From assembly GCA_030324005.1 (NCBI GenBank), contig JARDVH010000193.1:39189696-39253695 (forward strand): a stretch of 64,000 nucleotides of DNA. Direction: 5' to 3'. The notes beneath the pieces were generated by a model, which was not told the DNA's origin, did not search any database, and saw only the letters and a list, made by a program, of their open reading frames with translations. Of the stretch, positions 25,913 to 38,909 are shown piece after piece. Source of the DNA: Negaprion brevirostris (Eukaryota). The position numbers and the translations under genes are program-made. Position 1 is the stretch's first letter. Each line of letters starts with the position of its first letter.

Positions 25913-27351
25913 CNNNNNNNNNNNNNNNNNNNNNNNNNNNNNNNNNNNNNNNNNNNNNNNNNNNNNNNNNNNNNNNNNNNNNNNNNNNNNNNNNNNNNNN
26001 NNNNNNNNNNNNNAGTATTGCCTAGACTTCTCCTCTCTGGGGCTGTACTTAACTGTGTGTCCCCAGCGGATTCTGCTCGCCAGTTCCCTGTTGTTAAAAA
26101 CTTGTTGGAGACCCTGCCGACATGATATCCTGTCACTGGGATGACGGGAGCCTTTCCTACGTAGGCTCGTTAATAATATTAAATTGTAACTCATCAGATT
26201 TAATGGAAGAGCAGACTCGATGGGCTGAATGGCCTAATTATGCTTCTCTATCTTATGGTCTTATGTATTCAAAATGAGTTCCCATCATTACATGGATGGA
26301 ACCACATTATGTCACTGGTGGGGTGAGGGCGGGAACAATTGAATGGCAAAATTTCGCTGGCATGAATGCCATCTTGAGTCTCCCCTTTGATTCCCCACCA
26401 GCTCTGCCATTCCTACCCAGCAAAAATCAGACAGAAACCAACTCCCCCCCCTTCCATTATCTCCTCAGTCTGGATCCTATGCTCTGATCCTGAATATTTA
26501 GAGTTTGTGGTTTTAACCAGACACCATAAAGCTGAAGAACTCTTGTGAAGACATCAAGTTCATTGTCAATTCTGGAGGTGGTTTGCACCCCATTGACTGG
26601 AGAATGGTTGACTTGAACATCAGGCTGCTGTTTCCAGCAGAATTAATTCATAATATGGTATATGTAGTATCTTAAGTGTCAGATCTTCATGACACATTGG
26701 GCATGAGAGACTCTCTGACATTTAAATAAACCTAAACAATAGATTTTCTTGCATTAGTATTCTCTGTGGAAGAAGATCCCAGAGATTTGGCTAATGATGT
26801 ATTATATTGTACCAGACAGAGGTTGAAGATAGCACCTTTGTTGCTAAGATGATAAAGCAGGAACAAGTAATGAAGGGGTTCTCAGACTCCAGAAATGTAT
26901 TGCTGTTACATTTTAATCTGTATGAAGTACAATATGCACTGCTTTCAATACAGGACTTTGTTTAAGTTACAGCAATTAAGGAACTGAGTGAAAGAGAAAA
27001 AGCTAGAGCTAGTCACTTTTCTCCTTTTGCTTTAATTTAAAAAGCATTCTTATCTCATACTTTTTCTCGACTAACATCCTACACGATTGCCAGCTAGTGG
27101 TTCTGTTCCAGGACTTTTCAATGTTGTCCGAGCTTGCTATCTGTGAGTGATATTCAAATAGCCTAAATTCCAAGTCCCCTGTTGCTGCTTCCTTCTTTTG
27201 GGCAATAAAGGAAGACAAAACTGCATAGCATCAAAAACAGGCCAACCACCTCTTCATTCAAGTGGTTGTTGCATGCACTGACCAATGTGTTCATTTAGAA
27301 CATGAATCAGCAGGAGGCACAACCTGTCAGCATTCATTAAAATTAACAGGT

Positions 27352-27585
27352 GATTTTGATTTGATTTGACTTATTATTGTCACATGTATTAACATACAGT
27401 GAAAAGTATTGTTTCTTGCTTGCTCTACAGACAAAACGTACCGTTCATAGAGAAGGAAACAGGAGAATGCGGAATGTAGTGTTACAGTCATAGCTAGGGT
27501 GTTGAGAAAAATCAACTTAATGCAAGGTTAAGTCCATTCAAAAGATTGACAGCAGCAGGGAAAAAGCTGTTCTTGAGTCAGTTAG
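27352..27585 (-). mobile_element. Rex1/Babar LINE 3' end
   Basis: LKNSFFPAAVNLLN followed by a 3' UTR ending TGTGACAATAATAAGTCAAATCAAATC. Homolog at 37725-38134. Confidence 0.85.
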
Positions 27586-27694
27586 TATGGCTGCTTAAAG
27601 CTAGCCTGCACCTACTAAAGAGGATGTGTATTGTGGCGAATTCAGCAGCTAGCAGTTGTGCGGGAAGTAAATCTGACCTGGCAGATAGTGAAGA

Positions 27695-29340
27695 ATGGTG
27701 CAATGTGGGAGAATGGGGCTACAAAGTTTTCAGACACTGCACTGGGAGTCTTGGTGGAGATAGTGGAAAGTCATGGAAATGTATCTACGGGAGTTGAGGC
27801 CTTTTTGACACATACTCAAAATGCAATGGGAGCAGATAGCCATGAGATCAATGGCACAAGTCAAGCTTTGAGAATCTGGACGCAGTGCTGCAAGAAGTTC
27901 AATGACCGCATGCAAGCAATGAAGGTCGGGAAACATATCTTCAAATTTCATATGCTGCCAACTCCAAGACTATCCTTAGACACTCCTCAAATGACCACAC
28001 TTCCATGACTCATCTACCAAAAACCTCCATCAGTCACACATTGACAGACATATCAGCCGCACAGATTGCATCACACACACACTGACACATTTATTCTTCC
28101 CTTGCAAGACATCGTAGTCCCCAACCAGAGGTGATGAAAGCTAACCGGAGGAGGAGAGTTAGGACAAGCTAACTGCTTCTTCTAACTCCCATTAAGAAGA
28201 AAACACTGGCTATAATTATGGTTCCCATTGCTCAGGATGTGGCCAACTGGAAGGTTGAAAACATTAAAAATGGCTGCACCCACGCATATAATTCTTCTTC
28301 TCACATACCACATCGCCCTCATCCAACATTATCCTCTAATTTACAAGCAGCAGAAAATGTTGATGTAAGCATGGACCTTTTATTTCCACCCTTCTCTGCA
28401 GCACATCTTTACCTTTTTATTTTCAGATACCCAAGTACTACATAATGGCCAGGTACAGAAGGAACACCAAGAAAAGAGTGATGATGAAGGTGCAGCATTA
28501 TCACTTGATTCCATATTTGAAGCCACCAGCTCAGATACTGACGCAGTACATACCTTAGAAGAGAAATTAGATTCATGGTCAGCACATGATGACACATGGG
28601 CCACAAGGGCACTGCAGCCAGGGTAAGGGGTGGGAATAGCACAGGTGCCAGCTCTCTGGAGGGCGAGTTCACATGTGGGTTCGTTTGTAGGGGACTTGGA
28701 TGACACCTTGACCTGGCAGTCTATGGAAGAACGCTGCTAGAAAGCATGTGGCCAATATCAAAAAACACAGAGGAATCTAGCACCAATTTATCACAGGACT
28801 TTGCACAGAACTTGTAACCCATCCTTTCCAGCCTGGAAGTGATGGCCAATTCTATTCTCTCATTTGTGGATCCATCATACTGCAGTACCTGATAGGTGAC
28901 ATCTCTATTTCCATTGCAGCACAAACACCAGCTACCCAATGTCTGAGTGCTGAAGTGGAAGCTCAGACTGAAATCATGCAATTCAGCTTGATGCCATATA
29001 AGTTCAGACTGTTATCATCATGCAGGTGGATTACACTGTGCAAAGGAGGTTGCAGGGTAACACAACTGTCCAACAATACGTCCTCTATCAGATTGCTTGG
29101 ATTGCTGATGCACTGCTCTGGCAGAGTGGCAATGGTAGTAGCTCTAATGAACACAAATTATCTCAAGGAAGACAGCATTCTTCCTCCCATTATCACGCTC
29201 AGCCAATGTCCTTGCTGTCGCTTGTCAGCCAATCCAGATTGCTCCCAGCTCTGCTGGGATGTGCAGTCCACAGCTGAATCTTCTTTGCCCAGATCTACCC
29301 AAGGTCGTCCTTTAAGGTTATTTGCAGTGTTCTTCACTTA
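27695..29340 (+). pseudogene. Harbinger Myb/SANT (trihelix-type) DNA-binding gene, three decayed exons (~27695-27924, 28108-28272, 28427 onward)
   Basis: KFSDTALGVLVEIVES...EINGTSQALRIWTQCCKKFNDRMQAMK|gt; exon 2 LTGGG...LLTPIKKKTLAII; acceptor ctttttattttcag at 28426; acidic exon 3. Contains stops and frameshifts. Confidence 0.8.
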
Positions 29341-29385
29341 AAGCCGGCGACCTTCCATCAGCCATGTTCCAGTCACTGGGATAAC

Positions 29386-29472
29386 ACTCATGTGAGGAAG
29401 GAGCAGTGGTCCAAGAGCTCGTGATTCCAAATAAACCTGTTGGACTTCAATCTGATGTTGTGACACTTCTTA
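29386..29472 (+). mobile_element. Penelope-type terminal repeat fragment (second copy at 29826-29914)
   Basis: GTGAGGAAGGAGCAGTGGTCCAAGAGCTCGTGATTCCAAATAAACCTGTTGGACTT. Same family as 22880-23229. Confidence 0.7.
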
Positions 29473-29549
29473 TGATGGTCAGTAACAGGGAAGATAAGGT
29501 ACGGGGCTGTTCATGAATGGAAAATTGAGGAAATGTTCAATGATGTTGC

Positions 29550-29790
29550 ACTAGGTGAGTCCTTCATGGATAGCCGAGGCTGAAAGCAGCTTTTCCTTCT
29601 CCTTTCCACTTTCTCTTCTTCTTCCTCCTCCTCATGCTTGTGCTTTCTTCTCACTGTATGGCCACTGACAAGGCCTATCCCCTCACAAGAGCATTCAGTC
29701 AATAACCTTGAATCTTGCCATCCACTGTGAGTACTGTAGGGCTCCTCTCGAGCAGCCCAGGCAGTAGAACTGTTGGCTTTCTGCTGAAAC
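29550..29790 (-). pseudogene. Harbinger transposase C-terminal remnant, convergent with the Myb gene
   Basis: QQFYCLGCSRGALQYSQWMARF resembles the HARBI1-type RFRCLDRSGGALQYSP motif, followed by a poly-Glu tail. Confidence 0.75.
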
Positions 29791-30249
29791 CCTTTCAACT
29801 CCTTGCCTCCTCTGGGCATCAGCAACATTTGCTACCAAATAAACCTGTTGGACTTTAATCAGGTGTTGTGAGACTTCTTACTGTGTTTACCCCAGTACAG
29901 TGCTGGCATCTCCACCAAGAACAGCAAACAGACAACACTACTGTCCACTGATTGTCAGGTAACCACCCACTCCATTTTTTTCAGAATACCTTGCTACAAT
30001 TGTAGAACCAGCCAACATCATGAGCAGAAGGCATCCTGCATATGTTCCACTTGAGTAATATTGAACATGAAATGGCCTAACCAGTGGTTAAAGGCTATTT
30101 TCAAATTCCCAAAAAACAAACTTGTGGCACAGTTTTAGTTTTATGGAATCAGGAGGAACATTCATGCTTCCCCAGATTCCGTATAAGTCTTATCTCATCT
30201 CCCTTTAAGTTGTCACCAGCGGCTTGGCTCTACACATAAGCTGCCAGGA

Positions 30250-30597
30250 AAGAGGGTGGCATAGTGATATTGTTGCTGGACTAGTAACCCAGAGACCCTG
30301 GGGAATGCGCTGGGGACTGGATTTGAATTCCACCATGGCAGATGGTGAAATTTGAATTCAATAAAAATCTAGAATAATGATGACCATGTAACTATTGTTG
30401 GTTGTTGTAAAAACCCATCTGTTCACTAATGCCATCCTTACCCAGTCTGGCCTGACCTACATGTGACTGTAGACCCACAACAATGTGGTTGATGCTTACA
30501 TGCCCTCTGAAATGGCCTAGCAAACCACTCAATTCAAGGGCAATGAAGGACAGACAGGCAACGACACCCACATTCCCTGAAACAAATTTTAAAAAAG
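30250..30597 (+). mobile_element. tRNA-derived SINE of a different family, with an L2-group tail
   Basis: A box GTGGCATAGTG, B-box-like GATTTGAATTCC. Tail CAAGGGCAAT...CCCACATTCCCTGAAACAAATTTTAAAAAA resembles the LINE ends at ~33355-33425 and ~58310-58365. Confidence 0.75.
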
Positions 30598-31669
30598 ATT
30601 TCCTGCCCTTCCTCTTCCTCCTTCCCCTTCGCCAAATTGTCAAACCACTTCAAACAATGCCTGACTATGAAAGTTCTTTGAACCTTTTGCTAGCATCATC
30701 AGGCAGACATTCTGTTTGTTTTGCCCACTGCTCGCCTGATGTGTGATCTTAATGACAATAATCCTTGGGATGTCTGTGAAATATGCACAGTTTTTTGGTT
30801 AGTTTGATAAAAAGCTGTGGGCTATACATACTCCTTTTTATGGCTTCAATGGACTCCAAAATAAATAATGTTTTGCTCTTAAAATGCTACAATCTGGTTG
30901 ATTGTACAAAATTCTTAAATAATGAAAAACATCCTTCAGTGCTGTAAGCTAAGCATAGCCATGTAAGAAACACAGATGAACATCTTTCAAGAAAATGCAG
31001 TGACATTTTATTTGAGAAAACCAAATTTTAAAATATGGATACTTACAATAATAAATACTGCCATTCTGAAGGAGCCTGTGATTTTTCCCAATAAATATGG
31101 ATGTAGGGCTCCTTTTTGTTGCTTTATTCTTCCATGACGACACTATGTCAAGGACCAAGCAATGTTTCTTAAAAAAAAATGTTGATGTGTTGCTATGACA
31201 GTTGAGCAAAGCATTTTGCAAAAGTATAATCTTAATCTGCAGGCATCTTAAGAGTTATCCACTAGCTGTTAACAGCAAGTGCTTTTAACTACAAATCAAG
31301 CCGTTATTTATCAGGCAATACATAACCTTGTCTACACACAATTGCTGATGTGCGTTATCTCTGGTGTACTGTTGGATTGCTCATTTTTCATGTTCACCAT
31401 GAAAAATACTGCAAGCATTTACTAACATTAATAGGCCGCTTTATAGTGTATTGTATGATAATAGTACATCAGACATCCCATATCAAAATGATTCTTTTGT
31501 GTTGCCTCATGGAATACACCTTTAGAAAATCATTATCCTCCGACGGTTAGGTTTAAAAATGGCACACCAAGCTACATATTCATAAATCATGTGGTACCCT
31601 CAGCACAAAATGTTACTCCATCCTGTTCTTGACTTGTTTTCCAGTTCATGTCGGTTTTCTGAAGAAAAA

Positions 31670-31935
31670 ATCATTACTGGGAAATGGGCATCACCAGCAC
31701 TGATTGCCCATCCCTTGTTCTTGAGTAGGTGATGGTAAGTCTGATTCCTGAACTGTTGCAGTCCATGTGGTGAATGCGTTGCTGTGGTGTTGTTTAGTAA
31801 GGACTTCCAAAGTTTTGACCTAGCGACAAGGAAGAAAGAGCACGGATTCTTAAGTCTGAATGTTTGTATTTGGAGGAGAACCTGGAGATGATGGTGTTCC
31901 CTTTCACCGACTGCCTTTTCCTTTCATGGGTTTGG
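31670..31935 (-). mobile_element. L2/CR1-group LINE 3' fragment (old)
   Basis: Homologous to 24165-24530. Confidence 0.7.
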
Positions 31936-32507
31936 GACATCTGCTCTTGGGTCATTTTCCACAGTGCTTTGCCAAGTTATCCTTGGCATTTCATTCTTTC
32001 ATTTCATTCTTTTTTACTTGACAGCCATTTCAGTCCTTGCTGAGAATCTTGGGAGTTCTGCATTTTGCGCTGATGGCAGCTTTATCTCTAACTTCAAATT
32101 ATTTACGCATCTGACAATATCAACTTTTGCTAATGAATAGACATCTCTTCCATATGTTGTAAATCAGCTTGTAATGTATTTTTTTCACATATCGTGATAC
32201 ACCTATCATGTGTTAAACAGCTCCATAAATTAACCAGATTGGATAACTCATGAGTCCCTTGTCTGTGGGTATTAACCACATCACATAGCTAAGATTGGCC
32301 TCTGTATATGCATTCAATTGGGCCAAGAAGAACAAGAAGAATTTCTGTCATAATTCAGGTAGTAAATCCATGCTTTTTGTGATATGATAGTCAGCCATGC
32401 ACACCAGGAAGAATCCAGATTTGGTCCTGGTTTTCTCCAAGACCACAGGAAATGATTAAAACTCATTTTAGTAAACATGGACTACAGAAGGCCAAAATAA
32501 GTCAAGT

Positions 32508-32825
32508 GGGTGGCACAGTGGCACAATGGTTAGCACTGTTGCCTCACAGTGCCAAGGACCTAGATTCAATTCCAGCCTCAGGTGATTTCTCTGTGGAGTT
32601 TGTAGATTCTCTGCGTATGTTCCTCTGGGTGCTCCAGCTTCCTCTCATGGTCCAATGATGTGCGTGTGGGTGAGGTGGATTGGCTGTGATCAATTGCCCG
32701 TTAGTGCCTGAGGATTTGCAAGATAAATACATGAGATTACAGGGATAGGGCTCGGGTGGATTGTTGTTGGTGCAGGCTCAATGGGCTGAATGGCCTCCTT
32801 CTGCACTGTAGGGTTTCTACGATTT
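32508..32825 (+). mobile_element. HE1/V-SINE (CR1-type tail)
   Basis: GGGTGGCACAGTGGCACAATGGTTAGCACTG head; tail GGGCTGAATGGCCTCCTTCTGCACTGTAG. Confidence 0.9.
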
Positions 32826-32879
32826 GCCCATTGAGTTTCCCCCATCCCCATTGCAAATTGTATGGCATCTATTCAAACA

Positions 32880-33425
32880 GGATGAGACTTGTTTCTGTTG
32901 CGTCATACAGATAGAATGCTCTCTACTTGTTTGGATGAGTGCAGCTCCATCAACATTCAACACTCTGCAGGACAAAGCAACCTACTCGACTGGAACCCTT
33001 AAACATTCACTCCCTCCAGCACCTTAAATATTCACTCCTTCCACCACTGACATATAGTGATATCAGTGTGTACCATCTACAAGATGCACTGCAGAAACTC
33101 AACAACGCTCCTTTGACAGTTCCTGCCAAAGATCTGACCTCTACCATCTGGAAGCACAAGGTCAGCAGATGCATGGGAACACCACTACGACAAGTTGCCC
33201 ACCAAGCCACTCACTATGCTGACTTGGAACTATATCGCCATTCCTTCACTGTCACTGGGTCAAAATCCTGGAACTCCTTTCCTTATTGCATTGTGGGTGT
33301 ACCTGCATCAAAGGGACTGCAGCAGTTTGAGAAAGCTGCTCCCTGCCACTTTCTCAAGGGTAATTAGGGATGGGCAATGAATGTTGGTCCGGTAAACGAT
33401 CTTCACATGCCATGAACGAATAAAT
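32880..33425 (+). mobile_element. L2/CR1-group LINE 3' fragment
   Basis: IECSLLVWMSAAPSTFNTLQDKA...YKMHCRNS...SWNSFP; tail CTCAAGGGTAATTAGGGATGGGCAAT. Confidence 0.88.
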
Positions 33426-34465
33426 AATAAGTAACAGTTGAGTAGATTGCATGTGGCAAATGTTCAGTTCAATAAGGTATCTTGAGAGTTGTTAGCACCT
33501 AAGGAGCAGCTTCTGGAGCAAGTCAGGAAAAATTAGTTATTTTCCAAAAATATCCTTCTATTATGTGATTTTTTTATTCTGTTGATGCCTCTTCTCATCA
33601 CTGGTTAAATGTCATTCCAATCTCTGGATAAGGTAAATATATCCAAAGGCTTTTCTGCATACCCCTAATATAAACAACAAAAGAAATTCCCTCGTTATAA
33701 AAATCAAAGCATTTCTGATTTGGCAAAACTTGAGTTTGCACTAAAACTGAAGAGCCTCAGTGTATATTAAATTACTACTTTTATTAAACATTTCATGACA
33801 CCATTAATTTAAATCTTTAAAATATTAACTTACCCAGATTTATGATATTACTTTAAAATAGGTGAACATTGGATGCAGCCGAGTCTAACAAGGCGTCTGG
33901 CAATTTTTAAAATTATAATAATCCTGTCTCTATTAAATGGATATTTTATGTATCTCAATGTGTATGTGATTATATTATCAAGAGAAATTATATTAAACAA
34001 CGCAAGTTTAATTTTTTTTCTGAAACAAAAATTCCATAGCTAATCTATGTTGTAACAGATCACCTCCAGCCTATTTCACACAGCATGAATGCATTATGAA
34101 AACTGATCTCTGTGGCATCATCTCTGCTTTACCAGAGCGTAACAAAGCCGAGATACAATAAAGACTATCAGGTGTACTTTATTAGTATTCAAAATTCAGT
34201 TTATTAAACTTATCCTAAAAGCCCAAGAGAAAACTGCTTATGCATCCCAATACACCGCCAACATACTTATATGTGTTTAGAATATGGATACAAATATATT
34301 TTTAATTTAACCAATAAGTCTTTAGAATTTAGGGTAATAAAAGCTATTTTTTTTAACTTGGGGAGATTTAAAATTCATTGGACAGATGTGTTCATGGTTG
34401 TCAGAAATGTTCTCCTGTGGATTACACCATGACATAATCACTTTCATCAGACATGTGTGTTTGAG

Positions 34466-35906
34466 AATGGTTGCTGAAGATACAGAATCTGTCTCAGATC
34501 TAAAGATTTTTCAGGTCACTAAATTCAACATCATCTCTTTGGAAATGTTAGAATTCTAATGACACATTAGTCTTATGTTGTTAATTAATATTACCTTCAT
34601 GGAAATGAATTGCTACACTTACAGACCTTGAGTATAGCAATGAGGGCATTAAAGGAAGATTTCAATGTTTCTTATTTTTGTAGGTTATAACAAAAGCTCT
34701 GAGATGTACGGGTGCTGATGTATATCCTTCATCTGGACCTTCCAGAGGTGAATTCTTTAATGCAGAACTATTGTCTTTCAGAAGCACAATATGTTGCATG
34801 GACAGTTCACCTCATACTTTGTTTACATGTGAAGAAACTATAAGATTTATTTCACCAGAAAACCACAGTTTTTGCAAGTGTTCTTAGTTTGCACAATGGA
34901 GAAATGTACCCACAAAACTGTTGATTCATAAAGGTGCTCACAGGAACCATGTTAATCCAGTTTTTCTTTATTTCTGGAACAACAATTGGTGGTTACACTT
35001 CAAAACTACTTCATTGCCTGTGCAGTGCTTTGGTTTGTCTACTGTTTGTGAAAGCAGTATGTGCCCATTAATTTTTACCACCAGTTACATTTTGCCGGTG
35101 GTACGGACACTGAAATTCCTCCATTTCCTTACCCTGCTGACAAACCTTGTGTAAGCGTCAACATTGAGTGTCAGCAAGCTATTCAGCTGTGAAGAGATGT
35201 CATAAGCAAAGCTAATTCTCTTCTCACCTGCCATCCACAGACATGCGCAGTCAGCAGTCAGCAATCAGGAATAGAATTTCTGGCTCAGAGACACGCAGAG
35301 GATATACGTCGTGCCTCATCAGCAAGCTGGCCATGGTCAGGTAACATGGGAATAGCCAAGAATTTAACTCAGGCACGCCCTGCTTCATACACTTTATTGA
35401 AATAACATATGGTACATCTACCAAAAAATGCCATCACACCAGACCTATTGCATGTTTAAGCTAATTATCTCCATCACCTCCAATTGTTCCAGTTAAAGAA
35501 GTACAACATTAACTTTGGCACAACTATGTTTCCCCTGGGGCTCTCCACTGTGGCTCAGAGAGTTTATCCAGTGATTAGCTGAGCAGTACAGTAAGGAAGC
35601 TTCAATTCCCAGTCTGTTCTCATTTCGTAATTTTGGCTGGGTTGCACTGCAAATCTGCATTCAGTGCTTTGTTTAGAAAAAAGGGAAAATTGGCCACGGT
35701 TCCAATCTTTAACCAATGGACTTTTGCCCTAAGTGCATGAGGGTAATTTTTGCTTTGGGCACAAGCAGAATTCTGGCAGCTGAGGATCAGCCTCCCATTG
35801 TGCACCCTGCCTGAATTTCCTTTCTATTAATATCAATGAGGGATTAATGTTGCTCATGACACAGAATCTGTCTCAATTCTAAATATTATCCAGGTCGCTA
35901 AATTCA
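34466..35906 (+). repeat. Dispersed ~60 bp direct repeat pair (34466-34527 and 35846-35906)
   Basis: AATGGTTGCTGAAGATACAGAATCTGTCTCAGATCTAAAGATTTTTCAGGTCACTAAATTCA versus AATGTTGCTCATGACACAGAATCTGTCTCAATTCTAAATATTATCCAGGTCGCTAAATTCA. Confidence 0.85.
35140..35720. mobile_element. Fragments of an ancient tRNA-SINE family (35140-35290 minus, 35545-35720 plus; similar at 18320-18500)
   Basis: Shared ...AGGGAAAATT..CCA.GG motif and GATCCCTGGTCT/ATTCCCAGTCT B-box region. Highly diverged. Confidence 0.4.
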
Positions 35907-37079
35907 GTGTAAACTGCCCTTGCCTGAGATAAATATCTACCCCCATGATTTTAAATATCGAATGAAGACAAGATCAAACTCAATTGCGGGGCATTCCATC
36001 ATCAAGCATCCTCTTCACATTCACTGTTGGAACTCACATACAAATAATTGCTTCTGGAGTGAGATGGATTTATGCAGCCAGGATCAACACCTTTAGAGAA
36101 GAAAATTGCTAATAAAAACCACTGCAATTGCTTTTACATGACCATTATTTGACTTCAATAGTCAAATTTTCAATGAAAAGAATTCCCAATTTAGGATCAA
36201 TAAGGACATTCCTGACTTATTTTTGTTGATCGTGAAAATGCTGAAAACAGCAAGTGACTGTCGCTCATTATGAAGGTCATGAGAGTATCCACTATACAAA
36301 CATTTATTAGCGTAGATATTCACATGGAATTCATTCTTTTTGAATGAAAACTCTTCATATTAAATTGACCTCGNNNNNNNNNNNNNNNNNNNNNNNNNNN
36401 NNNNNNNNNNNNNNNNNNNNNNNNNNNNNNNNNNNNNNNNNNNNNNNNNNNNNNNNNNNNNNNNNNNNNNNNNNNNNNNNNNNNNNNNNNNNNTAGCACA
36501 GATTACTGAAATTTCCAGGTTGCAATAGTTAAGGATCTGAAAAACAAAATCAGCCTTATATTTCATTTTTAGAACTACAAACCTTGAAATTGCTGTAAGC
36601 GACATTATCTTAACATATTCACTGCAAATTCCTCTTTCTGTGTTTCTAACAGAGGTTTGAACTCATTAATTTTAAACAGGCTAATATCTCTGTAATGAAG
36701 CATTCTCCAATAAAATAAAATAGTAATTTCCAGGCTAACGTCTTTTGATGCACATTATTTACTTTTGTACCCTTCTAGCAGTGCAATGGACAACACAGAA
36801 TGCAACATTTATCCTCTTCATATGCAGCGTCACCATTAAATAATCCTAGATTTGGAATAGCAAAGGTCAGTTGCTTCCTTGACAATCGCAGACAATGTGC
36901 CTGAATACTTCAAAGGAGCAGCCTTGTGTGTACTGTACTCTATCCTGTCACTGAGAATGCCAGATCATGGCCTTTTTTCTTGCTGTAGACTCGTGACCAC
37001 TAGGAACTGGGAAGATGCTGCTCCAGCTCATTTCAGTAAGACCCCGATAACAATATGAGAAAAGAAAGAAATCAAAAAT

Positions 37080-37135
37080 AACTTTCATTGAATCTATCTG
37101 GACTGATTTGAACCCAATCCCAGAAGTGAACATGG
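37080..37135 (-). mobile_element. LF-SINE-like fragment
   Basis: Minus strand TTCACTTCTGGGATTGGGTTCAAATCAGTCCAGATAGATTCAATGAAAG resembles the recalled LF-SINE B-box region. Confidence 0.45.
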
Positions 37136-37724
37136 GGATTACTTTGAACTTTATTGCCATTTTTGTTACGCCAGAGGTTTTCTTTATAGGACCATTGTTC
37201 TGTGGAATTTTCGCCTGCAGATGAACACGTTCCTGATGAGAGTACCCATTTAGAATTTGTTCAAATCTGACAATGTTTTTCCAGAGAGTACAAACAGTGC
37301 TCTTAAAAATAGCCCCGCTACCTCCTGTAAAGGAGTACAAGAAATAGTTGGCAGCTTTGTAAACACCAAACAGTGTGCCCAAATCTCATCAGAGAAACTA
37401 TCCAAGTGCTCTCCGAGCAATAATTATGCTTCCAATTAGTGGAAGAAGTCAAATGGGATGATGAGGATCTGGAAAAAGAATGTCATGTGATTTTTTCAAT
37501 TCTTTTCACTTTTCATATAGCCATGTGTTATCTCAAACAGCCTCCTTCCATATCATACTATTTGATGAAATGTACAGGTGATTTTTGATCAATCCTTCAA
37601 AAACTTTTACCTGTGGGATATTTTCTTTCATTGCCTTCTTTGCATTATGTACCTTCTTTACTGTTGAAATATTTGGAATCAAAGGAAAGGAGCTTAAATC
37701 ATTCAGTAAGTCCAATGAATCACT

Positions 37725-38134
37725 GGTTGACTATTGTCACAGCTCCTGTGACTGTCCTTCACGCAAACCAGTCTCCCATCCATTGACTCTGTCTACACTT
37801 CCCAATGCCTCAGAAAAGCAGCCAGCATAATCAAGGATCTCACACATCCCGGACATACTGACTTCCAGCTTCTTCCGTCGGGAAAAAGATACAGAAGTCT
37901 GAGATCATGTACCAACCAAATCAGGAACAGCTTCTTCCCTGTTGCCATCAGCCTTTTGAGTGGACCTACCTTATATTAAGTTGATCTTTCTCTACACCCT
38001 AGCAATCACTGTAACACTACATTCTGCACCCTCTCCTTTCCTTTTCCTCTATGTGCAGTATGCTTTGTATAGCACACAAGAAACAATACTCTTCACTGTA
38101 AACTGATATATGTGACAATAAATCAAATCAAATC
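37725..38134 (+). mobile_element. Rex1/Babar LINE 3' fragment
   Basis: RKAASIIKDLTHPGHTDFQLLPSGKRYRSLRSCTNQIRNSFFPVAISLL; tail TGTGACAATAAATCAAATCAAATC. Confidence 0.9.
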
Positions 38135-38909
38135 CTTATTCATCTTACATGAGGGTGGTGAGGGACTGGAATGCCCTGCCTGCTGCAGTTGTAAATGCGC
38201 CTAGTTTGGGGGCATTTAAGAGATCTGTGGATAGGTTTATGGATGAAAAGGGATTGGTTTAGATTAGTGGGTCAGTGTTTTTTTTAAAAGCTGAGGAGGG
38301 TGGAATCTGTTCTGACTGCAATGTTGCAATAATGGTGAAGTAGCCTGGAGATAATGGCCAGAGATTTCTGCAGAGCAGCTCCTGCTGTAACTTAGCTGGG
38401 AGAGCACTCGGAGAATATCTGTGAGTAGAAATGAATTTATTCACTGCACCTCCGATGAAGTTACTGGGACAGAGAGGGAGTAGCTCTGAGTCAATTCCTG
38501 ACCGCTATTTCCTTCAGGGTCATGAATGATGGATGACCTGTAGAGTCAGGAATCAACACTGTTCAAAAAAGAAAAATACATTAAAATTAGGAATATAACT
38601 TTGGAAGTTAAATGTAATGTTACACATTGTAAGGTGACAATTATTTCAGTAAAGGAGAACCCATCAGACAGCTAGCAAAGGAATTCTCCCTTAAAGATGA
38701 ATGCTGAATCTTCATTATTCATTCTTCCTTAACCTGGATTACAAATGCGTTCTTCTTACTGTGCAAACGTTTGGCTTATTGCGAAAATTAAGAAATTGGC
38801 CTTGGTTTATCTACCAGTGAATGTAACCACGAAGTTATGTGTGTTAGTTGTAGCTCAGCTGACGACACAGTTATCGCTGAGCTGCTAGGCTCTGGGTTCA
38901 AGTCCCACT

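Noticed and set aside
25580-29830. Domesticated HARBI1/NAIF1/MSANTD genes
   Set aside because: Multiple stops, frameshifts and mutated splice sites, and several copies in the window. These are TE relics.
36948-37382. 144-aa minus-strand ORF
   Set aside because: No recognisable motif or splice context, and it overlaps an LF-SINE-like fragment.
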